The notes below the pieces were generated by a model. It had not been told where the DNA came from and did no database searches. It saw only the letters and a program-made list of their open reading frames with translations. A stretch of DNA of 62,519 nucleotides, the filler included, from Fonticula-like sp. SCN 57-25 (Eukaryota), in the NCBI GenBank assembly GCA_001724245.1. It is 9 parts of 9 records of this genome, joined end to end, with 100 filler letters (N's around TTAATTAATTAA, not from the genome) between each part and the next. Parts side by side here need not be neighbours in the genome. Positions count along the whole stretch, not along the records: positions 8,207 to 15,158 come from MEDX01000423.1; positions 15,259 to 21,953 come from MEDX01000424.1; positions 22,054 to 28,748 come from MEDX01000425.1; 6 more parts are not named here. The stretch is one strand, 5' to 3'. Each line of letters begins with the position of its first letter. Positions within the stretch are counted from its first letter, which is position 1. Positions 11,927 to 23,684 of this stretch are shown piece by piece. The translations under genes were made by a program, and so were the position numbers.

Positions 11927-14146
11927 CTAGTATCCAAAACCCCCGATGTTGCCCGCCGAGTACGGGATCTGAGGGCACTGGATGTCGCGCGGGCATGCTG
12001 CGCGAAGAACGCGGTCCGCCACGCTGAATGGCACGAACGGCGGCTTCTCCACGTCGGGCATCTCGCCAAAGAGGACGCGCCCCCAAAAATGAAAGCCGTA
12101 TGCTTGCTTGCGAATGTGCGACCAGGCCTCGTCGGTGACCACATCCGCCGTAAAGTTCCGCACCTGCTGCCACCCAAACATGTTGAACCGCTCCGGCATG
12201 AGCGCGGCGACAGCGTGCTGGAACGGGCTGTTGCCATTGTTCCAAAAGCGGTTGACGAGACCGGTCAGCAGCTTGGGCCCAATGCAGTTCCAGCAATCGG
12301 GGGAGTAGGCGTCGAGCACCCAATCAAGAGCGTCGGCCAAAAACTGGCTTTGCCGTTGCATCGTCAAAAAGGCGCCGTTCACAAAGACCTCGTCGTTGTG
12401 CTCCTCCTTCTCGAAAGCGACCGTGTTCTTCAGGCCGCTCGTGGAGGCGGTCAGCACAATGTCCGTGTCCATGTAAGTCCCGCCATACTGGAAAAGAACC
12501 GCGTAGCGGAAGAAATCAGTGACATGGCTGTAGTAGAACGGGCTGTCGCGGTTGTAGACGATGCGAGCAAGAGCGAGCTCGGCATTGCTGGCCGTAGCGA
12601 GATACTCGGTACACAGGGGGACAATCTTGATCCGGTACTTGGTGCCGATGAACCACTCCTCCATGCTGCGGGAGAACTTGAGGCTGCTCACGTGAAGCAC
12701 CAGGATCGCCTGCGGGTTGTACTTGAGAATGCTTGCCGTCGAGAATCGGGTAAGAAGCTCGCGGCCGGGCGACTCTGGCATGCGCGTGATGAGCTGGTGA
12801 AAGACGGCGGTACCTGCCGGCAAGTTCAAGAGTTCGTTGTTGAGAAGATGGCAGGTCTGCGCCACTTCCCAGTTGGCCTCTGTGGCGTTGGTCATGGGCT
12901 GCTGCGCAAGGATGGGGATCATTGCTCTTGTCGTGGTCGGCGCGGTGCCGTCGAGCATCTGAATCAGGTCACCGGCCAGCTTGTAGTACTTGTCAAAGTC
13001 CGTATGCGCCTTGATATGCTCGCAGTGGGCGCGGGCCTGCTCTGGCTCCCTCTCATACGACCAGAAAGCCATCCATAGGCGAGGCGCCTCCGAGTTCATG
13101 TCCATGCCGCGGGCGAGCACCGGAAGCTCAGGGATATCGCCGATACTGGCAAGCAAACTGTGCATAGCAAAGGTGAGGGTGGATGGGCTGTAGTACATAG
13201 CGTTTGCCGTATATAGCAATGCGCGGCAAAATAACGGACGCTCAAGGCAAAAGCGCCCCCGAGAGTTGTCAAAGACGTGGATCAGCACCTTGTATATATA
13301 GCCGACCTGGATGTCAGGCGAGTTCACCCACACCCGGAGCCAAAAGTCCCAATCCTCCTGGCCGAAAAATATGGCATGACGGTACCGGTACGTCTCGAAC
13401 AATTCTCGCCGGTAGAGAGCTGACAAGTGAAGGGATTCCTGGATTCGAGCATTTGTGCCCATAAAGGTGGGAGGACTGAAAATCTTGTCCCCTTCCTGAA
13501 CGTTCGCATGGATGGCGTGAAGCTTGGTGTTGTCGATGGTCTCGCCCTGCTCCTGAAGAAAAAGCTCGACTTCGCGAAAGTAGTTGGGGTCAATTTTGCT
13601 CCCGGCGTCGAGATTCAGAAGCCACTTGCCCGCGCTGACATCGATGCCAAAATTACGTGAGGCCGGCCGGAGGGCGTTTGGCGAAGAAAGGAAAGTGACG
13701 CGGTTCGCAGCCGACGAAGCGCTTGCGGTCTTTTTGTCCTCCTCGGTGGTGTCCGGCGGCAGGCCTACGGCAAACACGCGATCGGGATACTTGTTCATGT
13801 AATTCTGCGCAGCCTCCTCGTACGCGCGGGAATGTGCCGCTGAACCTGGTTCGTTTACGACAATTACCTCGAATGATGCCGGCGGAAGTTGAAATATTGA
13901 ATCGAGAACCTCCTCCAAATGGTGGCTCTGTTTCGAGTTTAACACGACAATGGAGTAGCTCACCGGGTCGCGAGCCCTCGCTGCGTGCGCCTCCATCGTC
14001 GCCACGGGATCGATCGTCATGCGGTTGCCAATCACAGCCACGACGACTTCCCCTTCGACGTCCACTTCAACAACGGGCGCACGCCGGTACTGCAGAATGA
14101 TCAGTAGGACGCATAGCGCCAGAATGAGCGGACGCTTGCCGCGCAT
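11927..14146 (-). CDS. Type II membrane two-domain glycosyltransferase (GT2-like + GT32/DxD-like)
   Basis: N-terminal TM anchor; GT2 motifs FEVIVVN, SRNFGI, LNLDA and QEDWDFWLR; GT32 motifs SHVTDFFRYAVLFQYGGTYMDTD and WNCIGPKLLT; intronless. Confidence 0.8.
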   Translation of the reverse strand: MRGKRPLILALCVLLIILQYRRAPVVEVDVEGEVVVAVIGNRMTIDPVATMEAHAARARDPVSYSIVVLNSKQSHHLEEVLDSIFQLPPASFEVIVVNEPGSAAHSRAYEEAAQNYMNKYPDRVFAVGLPPDTTEEDKKTASASSAANRVTFLSSPNALRPASRNFGIDVSAGKWLLNLDAGSKIDPNYFREVELFLQEQGETIDNTKLHAIHANVQEGDKIFSPPTFMGTNARIQESLHLSALYRRELFETYRYRHAIFFGQEDWDFWLRVWVNSPDIQVGYIYKVLIHVFDNSRGRFCLERPLFCRALLYTANAMYYSPSTLTFAMHSLLASIGDIPELPVLARGMDMNSEAPRLWMAFWSYEREPEQARAHCEHIKAHTDFDKYYKLAGDLIQMLDGTAPTTTRAMIPILAQQPMTNATEANWEVAQTCHLLNNELLNLPAGTAVFHQLITRMPESPGRELLTRFSTASILKYNPQAILVLHVSSLKFSRSMEEWFIGTKYRIKIVPLCTEYLATASNAELALARIVYNRDSPFYYSHVTDFFRYAVLFQYGGTYMDTDIVLTASTSGLKNTVAFEKEEHNDEVFVNGAFLTMQRQSQFLADALDWVLDAYSPDCWNCIGPKLLTGLVNRFWNNGNSPFQHAVAALMPERFNMFGWQQVRNFTADVVTDEAWSHIRKQAYGFHFWGRVLFGEMPDVEKPPFVPFSVADRVLRAACPRDIQCPQIPYSAGNIGGFGY

Positions 14147-14325
14147 TCTCACCCGACCGATTTGCCGCCGGCTGCCCGCCGCACGCAGAAGTGAAAGAAA
14201 TGGGCGATCAATTGGAATTTAGACGCCAAAAGCTAGATACGCTAACCACAACCTTGTGGCAACCATGTTGACTGTCGTTTTGAATCCGACGACACTTTTG
14301 TGTTCGGTTCCAACAGCGCAGCGAG

Positions 14326-15158
14326 ATGGCGGCCGCCGTCGAGGCAGAACGGCTTCGTCGCGAGCAGAACTGGGACGCCCTGCATGGCATAGCGCGCAAG
14401 CTCGTCAATGAAGGCGACACCGGTGCGCATGCGCGCCTGGATGCGGAAAAGTCGCTGGAGAAGGCTCTCGCGCAGTTGCCGCAACCCTGTTTCAGCTCGG
14501 ACACGGCGTCGTCCATTTCGACCCGTGGCCCATTGGATGCCGAGGCGATCGCTCATATGCGGAAGCGGCTCTATGAAGGAGCGGCTGCTTCGCACGAGGA
14601 CGCTTTTATTCAGGGGACGATTTACTACTGGGTTGGCGATTACGAGTTGGCTGTTTCCACTTTGGCGCCGGCAATCAAGGACGGCCTCGGCACCCTCCTC
14701 AGCGAAAAGTTTCAAAAGGTGGCCGTACAGGCGCTGGAGGCTCACTCTCTTGCGCTTTTCAAGTTGGACCGTTTGGCAGAGGCGATCTCTTCTCTTCAGA
14801 TCGTGTCGCAGTTTGCCGCGCAGCACTCGTCGATCCTGACCACCGCCGCGCAGCAGGGCTGGATCGAGAGCGCGCTATATTTCCTTCCTTTCTTCCATGC
14901 CAAGCTAGGGTACGGCATCCTTTTTGCTGTTTATGTTGTTACAGTTGCTGCGTTTCTGTTCTCTAACGCGTGGAACGAACGTGTAGTGCTAGCGGTGCTG
15001 CCTTTACGTCTGCCCGGGAATTTCTTGAGCGCTCGGTAACGGTGGTGCCGAGCCGCCGTGTTGCCATCATGGGCCTGTATGGGTCCCTGGGCCGCAAGGC
15101 ACTGAACGATGGCGCACATGCGACGTCATCGGACACCCAACTAATTATCTCTTTGCTG
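14326..15158 (+). CDS. TPR-like helical protein, possibly TTC7/Ypp1-like (3' truncated)
   Basis: N-terminus EAERLRREQNWDAL resembles the TTC7 start; helical repeat pattern follows. Confidence 0.4.
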
Positions 15159-15258
15159 NNNNNNNNNNNNNNNNNNNNNNNNNNNNNNNNNNNNNNNNNN
15201 NNTTAATTAATTAANNNNNNNNNNNNNNNNNNNNNNNNNNNNNNNNNNNNNNNNNNNN

Positions 15259-18200
15259 CGTTGCGTTATACGCTCAGCGTGGTATATTCTTTATCACGGC
15301 GCGGATCCTCGTCGTCGACATGCTGTGCGGGCGCGTCCCCTTGGACGCCGTCACCGGATTCATCGTCTGCAACGCGCACAGGTACCAACACTGCTTTGTG
15401 TGGTATGTTATATTAACCGTATTGGTACCTTTTAGGGTGACTGAAACATCAACTGAATCGTTTATTCTTCGCCTCTATCGCCGCTCCAACAAGGTCCGTG
15501 CGGTCATTTGTTGTATATGCTGACTCACCATTCGCTTTCCCGCCCTTTTCTCGTGTGTCTATTTTGCATTTTGGTAACAATTTATGTTATTTGTACATCA
15601 ATTTGGTTCACGTTTACATTGTTTTATGTCGTTTTACTTCATTTTCATATCATGTATTGTACCATATCCCCTCTCAGCGCGGCTTCATCAAGGCCGTCTC
15701 CGAGTCAGCAGAAGACTTTTGCTCCGGCTTTAGCAAGCTCGAAAAGTCCCTCAAGTACCTCTGCCTCCGCCGCGTCCACCTGTGGCCGCGCTTTCGTGTC
15801 GAAGTGTCCGCCTCGCTAGAGAAGCACGGCGCCGACGTCGTCGAGCTCTGCCAGCGCATGACGCCTGCCATGGACCGCATCCAGGCGGCCATCCTCGAGG
15901 TCATCGATGCCTGCCTGCACGAGCTCGGCCGTGCAAACGTATCGGTACGTAAATTACTTTTATGTTTATATTTGTTTAGATATGAATTGGAATAGGCTAA
16001 AAGTAAATGTAGATTGATATGACAGACTTGACGGTGGAGAATGCAATGTTCAAGTCGTTTGATGGGATGATGCGCGCGCAGCTGGACCCGGTGTGGCACA
16101 GGCTGGGTGCGAGGACAAAAAGTCTTGTGAACGATATTAAGAGCCTGCGCAAGTTGATGGGGTGCGTTGGTGGTATTTATTGGGTGACTTTTAAGATCTT
16201 TTTCATCCTGTTCATGCCTTGTTTGAAATCGTTTTTGTGCATTTTGTAATAATTTGGTATCCTTCTCCGCCCCTTTTTTCTCGCCTTTACCTTTCTAACC
16301 TCTATCCCAAGCTACCTCACCTCGTACGACGCCGTCACCTTTCACAGCTTCCTCGAAACGCTCCTCGCCGGCTACCACTCGCTCGGCAACCAGTCCCCCT
16401 GGCTGCTCATGGACGCCGCCAACACCGTATTCGAGGTCGCCCGCGCGCGCGTATTCGACCTCAAGCCCGACGCCGCCGCGCCCACGGCTGCGCACCCGCG
16501 CGCCCTCACGGCCGCCGACGTCGTCCCGGTGCTCGAGGAAAACCCAAAGTGGGCGCTGCTCGCCGCCGTCCTCGACGAAATAAAGGCAAACCAAAAGGAG
16601 GGGGAAGAGGGCGGCGTCGTGCTCGTGGCGGTCGCCGACGACAGGACGTGCGCGCAGCTTAGAGATGTGTTGGCAAAGGGCGCAAGAAGTGTCATGGAAA
16701 GGCAGCTTGAGGGGCATTTGAGGTGGCGAAATTCGCTGCCGAGGCTCGCGACGAATGTCAAATGTGCGTATATGGCCACTTGGGAAATGTGCTGACGGTG
16801 TGTAGCGGCGCGGGCGGGTGGCGGCGGGGCGAGCGCGGCGCCGCAGGGGAGGAAGAGGAAGAGCGCGGCGGCGGCGAGGTTTGACGCAAAGAGGCAGGCG
16901 ACGGCGGCGGCGAACGAGGCAGAGACAACAGCACTCGCGGAATTGTACGCAAAGTGGTAATTTATAAGGGAATGTGGTGGATTAGAGTGAAGTTGATGGT
17001 TTTAAGTGTGGATTTGGTGTCATTTTGATGTACTTTTCGATATTTTTCTTCCTTCTCCCCTTACCTGACCAACGATTGCAGCCTTGCGTGGTTCCCCGAC
17101 AATGACAAACAGGAAAAAGCCACTTTTACCGCCCGTATGCGCCGCAACGGACCCTCTTCCGCCTCCTCTTCCACCGCTGTCCCCGACGACGCCGACGCGG
17201 ACGATGAGCCACCGGCCGACGACGAGGAAGACGACACCTTTGATATCAACCAGTTTAATGAGCATTTCGGCCTTTTAACAGGGACGCAAATTGTCATCCA
17301 CACCTACAACGACGGCCAATCGTGCGCATTTTTGACCCAAATCTGGTCAATTTCATGACTAAATTTGACGCTTTTCCTATCAAATCCAACCTAAATTTTT
17401 CCTTTCTCAGCTTGTTGTGGTCACTTCGCCCTCGCTATGTCATCATGTACGACCCCGAAGTCTCCTTTGTGCGCCAAGTGGAAGTCTTCCGCGCCGCGCA
17501 CCCTTCTTACCCCCTTCGCGTCTACTTTCTCCTCTACGACCGCTCCGTCGAAGAGCAGCGCTACCTGAGCGCCGTCAAGAAGGAGCAGACTGCCTTTGAG
17601 CGCCTCATCCGCGCCAAATCCTTCATGTCCATCGTTGACGACACGGACTACTTGGACTCTGCCGTCGACGGCCAGCCCGTCGTGAGCGCGCGGCAGGGCG
17701 GCGGCCGCGTGGTCGCCACAATCCCCTCGACAGTCATCATTGACGTGCGCGAGTTCCGCTCGTCGCTTCCTTTTTTCCTCTTCCAGCACAACATCCAAAT
17801 TGTCCCCACGACGCTCGAGGTGGGCGACTATGTGCTGTCGCCCGAAGTGTGCGTCGAGCGCAAGAGTCTCGGCGATCTTATTCAGTCCTTTGCGTCCGGT
17901 CGGCTGTATACGCAGGTCGAGAGCATGGCGCTCTACTACCGGCACCCCGTGCTGCTCATCGAGTTTGACCAGGAAAGGTCGTTTGAGCTGCAGTCGGTCA
18001 ACGACCTGCGTGATGACGTGTCAATTGCAAACCTGTCGTCAAAGCTCGTGCTGCTGCTCATCCACTTTCCCGCGCTCAGGATCCTGTGGTCGTCGAGCCC
18101 GCACCAGACGGCCGCCATGTTTGCAGAGATTAAAAAGAACATTGCAGAGCCGAGTGAAGAGGTGGCCGCGGCCATGGGGCGCGAGGAGGGGACCGTGCTC

Positions 18201-18407
18201 GATGCGGGCGGGACAATTGACTTGGTGGCGCAGGAGCTGCTGCTGAGGCTGCCGGGGGTGAACACGAGGAATTATAGGGGGATTATGAGAAAGGTGGAGA
18301 GTGTGGCGGCGCTCACGTTGCTCACGCAGGCCGAGCTGGAAGAGATTATGGGGCCGGGGCCGGCGAGGGAGCTGTTTACATTCCTGCACAAGGACGCGGC
18401 GGATTAA
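15259..18407 (+). CDS. ERCC4: DNA repair endonuclease XPF/Rad1 (5' truncated, spliced)
   Basis: RILVVDML, ENPKW, IDVREFRSSLP, LEVGDYVLSP..CVERKS..DL..S...GRL and a C-terminal HhH. Confidence 0.95.
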
Positions 18408-18661
18408 CTTTTTTGTGACTTTATTGTATTTGTATTATTGGAAGCAGGTGAGGGACAGTTTGGGTTTGTTGGTCATTATGTATTGAAATAAAGAATTACA
18501 ACATAGGAGGGATTTCCAGTAGTATGTTGCCGCTTCGACATGAGCGGCGATGACGTGGCAGCTGTGGTCGTATATTTGACCTGCAAAGCAGTGCCCAAAT
18601 TGCGAGCATGCCTTCACCGTGTTCGTATCCAGCGAGAAGGCAGCACAGCGCCAACGCTGGG

Positions 18662-19400
18662 ATTGCGTTGACGGCCAACCACTGGAGGTAGCCTCGCGGC
18701 CAGAGCCTCCTAGGTGTAACGGCACATTTCATTGACGACACGTTTATGCTACGGTCGTGCATTCTGGCCGTCCAGGATGCACCGCACCCGCACACCGGCG
18801 CTGCTATTGCTCAGCAACTGGAGGAGTTGGTGGCCGACTATGGCATTGGTCATCTGATTGTGTCGGTGACGCATGACAACGTCGCCAACATGCTATCGGC
18901 CGCATCGCTCTTTGCCAATGCCATTCAGGCCCAGCATGGCCGCAAGCCGACGTCGATTCGGTGTGCGGCGCACACACTGCAGCTCGCTGCAAACAAGATA
19001 TTATACGAAAACACTGCGGCCGTCGCCCTAGACGTCGGTCCGTCGCAGTCGGACGTGCTGCTGCTCGACGACGGTGACGATGTAAGGGACTTCGAGAGTA
19101 TCAGCAGCCCCCCTCCCCAAGCTATCGCGAATAGCTTGACCAGCATTCGGGAGGTGGTCAAATTCTTTAAGCGGTCCGGGCCGGGCAAGATCTTGGGAAG
19201 ATCAGGGCCGGCATTTCAAAAGGCGATCATCGCCGGCGTGGATCCACGTACGGCGCCTTGACCAGCGTTCTAGTGTCAACCAAGTCCTTAAAGCGGTCCA
19301 GAGCTAGCAAGACCTTCGAGCCATCAGGTCCAGCATTTTAAAAAAAGTCCATCGCAGGCGAGCAGCAGGAGAGGATCCACGCGTGGGTCACCATGGGTCA
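18662..19400 (+). pseudogene. Degenerate hAT-family transposase fragment
   Basis: IALTANHWR*..LGVTAHFID..HTGAAIA..VTHDNVANM..IRCAAHTLQL; in-frame TAG at 18689; first catalytic D replaced by N; degenerate internal duplication about 19165-19385. Confidence 0.85.
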
Positions 19401-19511
19401 CCATCAGCAGCAAATCTCAAGAAGTGTAATGCTGACTCATCTTTTCCGTATTCATTCAAGAGGCTGACGCTGCTTGGCAACAGAACGGCTTCCCCTCGTC
19501 GCCCAGCCGCC

Positions 19512-20908
19512 ATGTCATCTTGGTGGAAGGCGCTCGCGGCGTCCGCGACCGTGGCGACTGTCGTTGCGCGGTACAGCTTTGAAAGCTGGAGCGAGCTCGC
19601 CTTCTCGGCCGGCTACCACGCGTACAACTCTCGCATAGGCTACTATGTTAACTGCCTCGACGAGCCCGAGGCGGGCCATCACCAGACAGCCCCTCGCGAC
19701 TGCTCCGGTACGCGCCTTACCGACGTCCCCGCATGCGTGCGGCCTTTGTACAGCGTCACTGATCACGGGGTGTCACAGCTTACACGGTGGTACCTTTGGC
19801 GATCAAGTCGAGCAACTACGCGTACCTTATCATTGACAATGCATCGCGGACTGCGCTCGCGGTCGATCCGGCCGACCCCCGCGCAGTGCTCAGCGCTGCT
19901 GCGGCGCACGACGTCAAGCTAGAGGGCATCCTCACAACACACAGGCACTGGTACGCGCGGCATCCGCGTGTTGGTTGCGTGTCGCTCACTGGATGTCGAC
20001 GTGGCAGGGATCACAGCGGAGGGAACGCGAGGCTGTGCGAGTTGCTGCCGGGCATCCAGGTGTACGGTAGCGCCGCTGACCAGGTCGACTGCCTCACCAC
20101 CGTCGTCGCAGACGGCGACGTGCTTGACGTACGCCTTTTATTCTTTGTACATTTTGATCTCAACCGCGCCGTGGCACATTCCTGAACATGTGTATGGAAT
20201 GTCGTATATCATGAGCTGATGTACCTAGCGCATTGTATATCAAGGCGCCTTGTATGATGTTGTGTTGTATATTGTTGTTCTTTGGGGCCATTTTATGGTG
20301 TATTTGTGGGTATTTATCACTATCTGTGTTCATTGTACCTGAAGCATTTGTGATTATTGCTGCGTGTGTTTCCATCATGCTAACTTTGTTTGCAGTTTGG
20401 CGCTCTTCGCGTGACTGTCATTGCTTCTCCCTTCCACACTGTTGGCCACGTCATGTTTGCCGTCTCCGGCCGCGACTCCTCCGACACCCCCAGCCTCTTC
20501 TCCGGCGACGCCATCTTTGTCGCCGGCTGCGGCCGCTTCTTTGAAGGCAGCGCGAGCGGCCTCTTCCGCACTGTGCAGCGCCTCGCCACCGACCTGCCGC
20601 CTGACACGCTCCTCTGGCCGGGCCACGAGTACGCGCGCTCCAACCTCGCCTTTGCGCAGTATGTCGAGCCGGGCAACGCGGCGGTGGTCGAGCGGCTGGC
20701 AAAGGCGAGCATGCACGAGGAGCGCATGGAGGCGATGATCCCGTCGACGCTCGAGGAGGAGAGGCGGACAAACCCGTTCTTTAGGGCGGATGTGGTGAGG
20801 CTGCCGGGTGAGGAGGAGCAGGGAGATGGAGAGGGAGAGGAGAGGGTCATAAAGAGGCTGGAGGAGATGAGGAGGTTAAAGGACGGGTACAGGGAGAATA
20901 CCGTTTGA
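19512..20908 (+). CDS. Glyoxalase II-like metallo-hydrolase (PNKD/HAGH-like)
   Basis: NYAYLI, AVDPAD, THRHW|DHSGGN, HTVGH, LFSGDAIFVAGCGRFFEG, WPGHEY and TNPFFR. Confidence 0.9.
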
Positions 20909-21203
20909 GATTGGAATTGTTTTTGGTGTATTCCGTAATTCTTGGATAGGGTTTTATGTGTATTTCTTTGATTTTCAGCACATTTATGGGATTTTATGTG
21001 CGTTTGTGTGACTTTTCTGTGCTTTTAAGGGCCTTTTGTGCCTTTGTGATGTATTTCTAGTGCTTCTTTTTGCATACAACGTTCACCAGTAGCATCAACC
21101 GCACCGGCAATAAATAGCATTCAATGTGACAAATGGAACTAAATGCATTGTATTGGTACTGTAACAAAATTGGCCTCGCCATTTCGGCGGTGCATGCAGA
21201 GGT

Positions 21204-21953
21204 CTATTGGCCGAGCGTGCCGAGGATGCTCTTGACGAGGTTGATCTTTGAGTGATCGCCCGTCGAGATGAGATAGACAACGTCCTCCCGCCCGAGGACC
21301 CGCCTCGTTATCTCGCGCTCCGACAGGCCGCTCGACGCGAGCCCGCGGACCTTTTCTATCGTCTCCTCCAAAAAGTCAACGCGCTCCTGCAGCAGCGAGC
21401 GGCCGCCCTTGATCACGCCGCGATGCGAGCAGTACAGCGTGGAAAAGTCGAGCTTGAGGACCTTTTTCAGCGACTCTAGCTCAAGCTACGGTGCGTGTTA
21501 ATGTACAATGACAGGGTCAACTGGCGGCGCGTACGGTGGGCGTCTCGTCAAAGCGGTAGTTTTTGCGGCGCTTCGACACAAAGATGTCGCTGCCAAAGAG
21601 CATCCCCTCCTGCGGCACAAAGAGTACGTGGTGATCGGCGCAGTGCCCGCTATTCGTTCTGTTAGCTGCAAGCGCTCATATCGTGGAAAGAGGCGTACGG
21701 CGCGTGCACGAGTTTCACATCGAGGTTGGTGTCGTCGAGGTGCGTCGTTTCACCGAGCAGGTTTGACTCGGTCGAGACCTTGCACGGGTACTGCGCGCGG
21801 CCCCAGATGAACAGGCGATATACCTCTTGCGGAAGCGGCTTCTGCAGCAGCGCAATGGTGTCGGCGGGCATCTGGACGCGGAGGCCCATCTCGATCAGCT
21901 TGCCGGCATTGCCCGCGTGATCCTCGTGGTGGTGCGTGATGAGAACGCGCTCG
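21204..21953 (-). CDS. Metallo-beta-lactamase-fold hydrolase (5' truncated, spliced)
   Basis: VLITHHHEDHAGN, GHCADH, LFGSD and LYCSHRG. Confidence 0.8.
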
Positions 21954-22053
21954 NNNNNNNNNNNNNNNNNNNNNNNNNNNNNNNNNNNNNNNNNNNNTTA
22001 ATTAATTAANNNNNNNNNNNNNNNNNNNNNNNNNNNNNNNNNNNNNNNNNNNN

Positions 22054-23550
22054 GGTCTCATCGACTATGGCCCGCTCGGTACGTTGCTCAAGAACAACCT
22101 TCGCGATGCGTGGTGGAGGGATGAAGTGACGATGCGCGGCGACGTGCATCCCGTTGACACGAGCATCCTGACGCCCCCCAGCGCTCTTCGGGCGTCCGGC
22201 CACCTTGAGCACTTTACGGATCCGCTTGTCGACTGCCGCCTCTCCGGGATGCGCTTCCGCGCCGATCACGCGCCGCAGCTTGCCATCGAGGAAGGCGGTC
22301 GGATCCGGATCCGCGCCGGGTCCCCCGCGGAAGCGGAGCAGTGGGCGGCAACCGTTCGCACGCAGCACGCCCCCGGAGCACGGGTTGATGTACGCAAGAG
22401 CGATGTATTATTGTATGTTCAGGCGGGCGGCGATGCCGCGGCCGGCCTTGTTCTCGAGCCCGGCGTCCGCGTGCCCGACTTTTCGGGCCTTGCCTCGCCG
22501 GCGACCAACTCGCCTTTCCTGACGTCCCCGCGCTCGTTCAACCTCATGTTCCGCACGTGGGAGGGCTCAGTTGACGTTGTTGACGGCGCCACTTCTGCCG
22601 CGCACCGCGCGATGACGTCCTCCCCTGGCTCGCCGCCCTCGCTCACCGAGCTCCGCGGCGCCCTCGCGCAGCAGCTCGACCGCTCGTCCATGTACCTCCG
22701 CCCCGAGACAGCGCAGGGCATTTTTATGCAGTATAAGGCGTGCGCCGCCGCGCTACCCGCGTCGCCTCCGTTTGGCCTCGCGCAGGTCGGCCGCGCCTTC
22801 CGCAACGAGATCAACGTCGAGCACGGCCCCTTTCGCGCGCTCGAGTTTGAGCAGATGGAGATTGAGTTTTTTGTGCCGCCCGGCGATGACGTTACGTGGT
22901 TTGACCACTGGCGCTCGCGGAGGCTCGCCTGGTGGACGAGTCTGCTTGGCTCGCGCGCCGAGGTACGCGCCGTGGACCACCCCTCGGACAAGCTTGCGCA
23001 CTATGCACGCGCGTGCACCGACGTCGAGTTCAAGTTTCCGTGGGGCTGGGGCGAGATTGAGGGTATTGCCAACCGGGGCGACTTTGACCTGCGGTGCCAC
23101 TTTGGCGACGGCGGCGACGGCGGCGAGCCGCTGCCGTGCGTCATCGAGCCGTCGGCTGGGCTCGGTCGCGGTGTCCTGGCCGTCCTCTTTGACGCTTACG
23201 ACGAGGCGCCGAACACCGGGCGAACCGTCATGCGCATCAACCCGCGCATTGCGCCCATCCAGGCCGCTGTTCTGCCGCTTGTAAAGTCGCGGCCAGAGTT
23301 TGTGCTCGAGGCGGAGCAGGTGGCGGCGAGGCTCCGCGCGGCGGGCGTCGTCGTCAGGTTGGACGCGAACCACTCAATTGGGCGGCGTTACGCCAGGCAC
23401 GACGAGATCGGGACGCCCGTGTGCCTTACCATCGACGGTGCCGAGCCGAGTGGGACGATGACGCTGCGCGACCGCGACTCGGGGGCGCAGGAGAGAATCC
23501 ACGTGGATCACATCGTAGAAAGGGTCAAGACACTCACGGGGAGATTGTAG
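22054..23550 (+). CDS. Glycyl-tRNA synthetase, alpha2 dimeric bacterial-like form (5' truncated)
   Basis: DYGPLG, FNLMF, LRPETAQGIF, FRNEI, EFEQMEIEFF, EIEGIANRGDFDL, VIEPSAG and SIGRRYARHDEIGTP; intronless. Confidence 0.9.
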   Translation, partial: GLIDYGPLGTLLKNNLRDAWWRDEVTMRGDVHPVDTSILTPPSALRASGHLEHFTDPLVDCRLSGMRFRADHAPQLAIEEGGRIRIRAGSPAEAEQWAATVRTQHAPGARVDVRKSDVLLYVQAGGDAAAGLVLEPGVRVPDFSGLASPATNSPFLTSPRSFNLMFRTWEGSVDVVDGATSAAHRAMTSSPGSPPSLTELRGALAQQLDRSSMYLRPETAQGIFMQYKACAAALPASPPFGLAQVGRAFRNEINVEHGPFRALEFEQMEIEFFVPPGDDVTWFDHWRSRRLAWWTSLLGSRAEVRAVDHPSDKLAHYARACTDVEFKFPWGWGEIEGIANRGDFDLRCHFGDGGDGGEPLPCVIEPSAGLGRGVLAVLFDAYDEAPNTGRTVMRINPRIAPIQAAVLPLVKSRPEFVLEAEQVAARLRAAGVVVRLDANHSIGRRYARHDEIGTPVCLTIDGAEPSGTMTLRDRDSGAQERIHVDHIVERVKTLTGRL

Positions 23551-23684
23551 CATATACAAGTGATGTTTTTAATATGACATATGGATACTTATGATAATAA
23601 TACTTGCTATCAATGGACGCACACCAGTTCTCTTCTTCATGAAATATATTGAAAAATTTATAGAGTACACGCTTATCGCACTAT

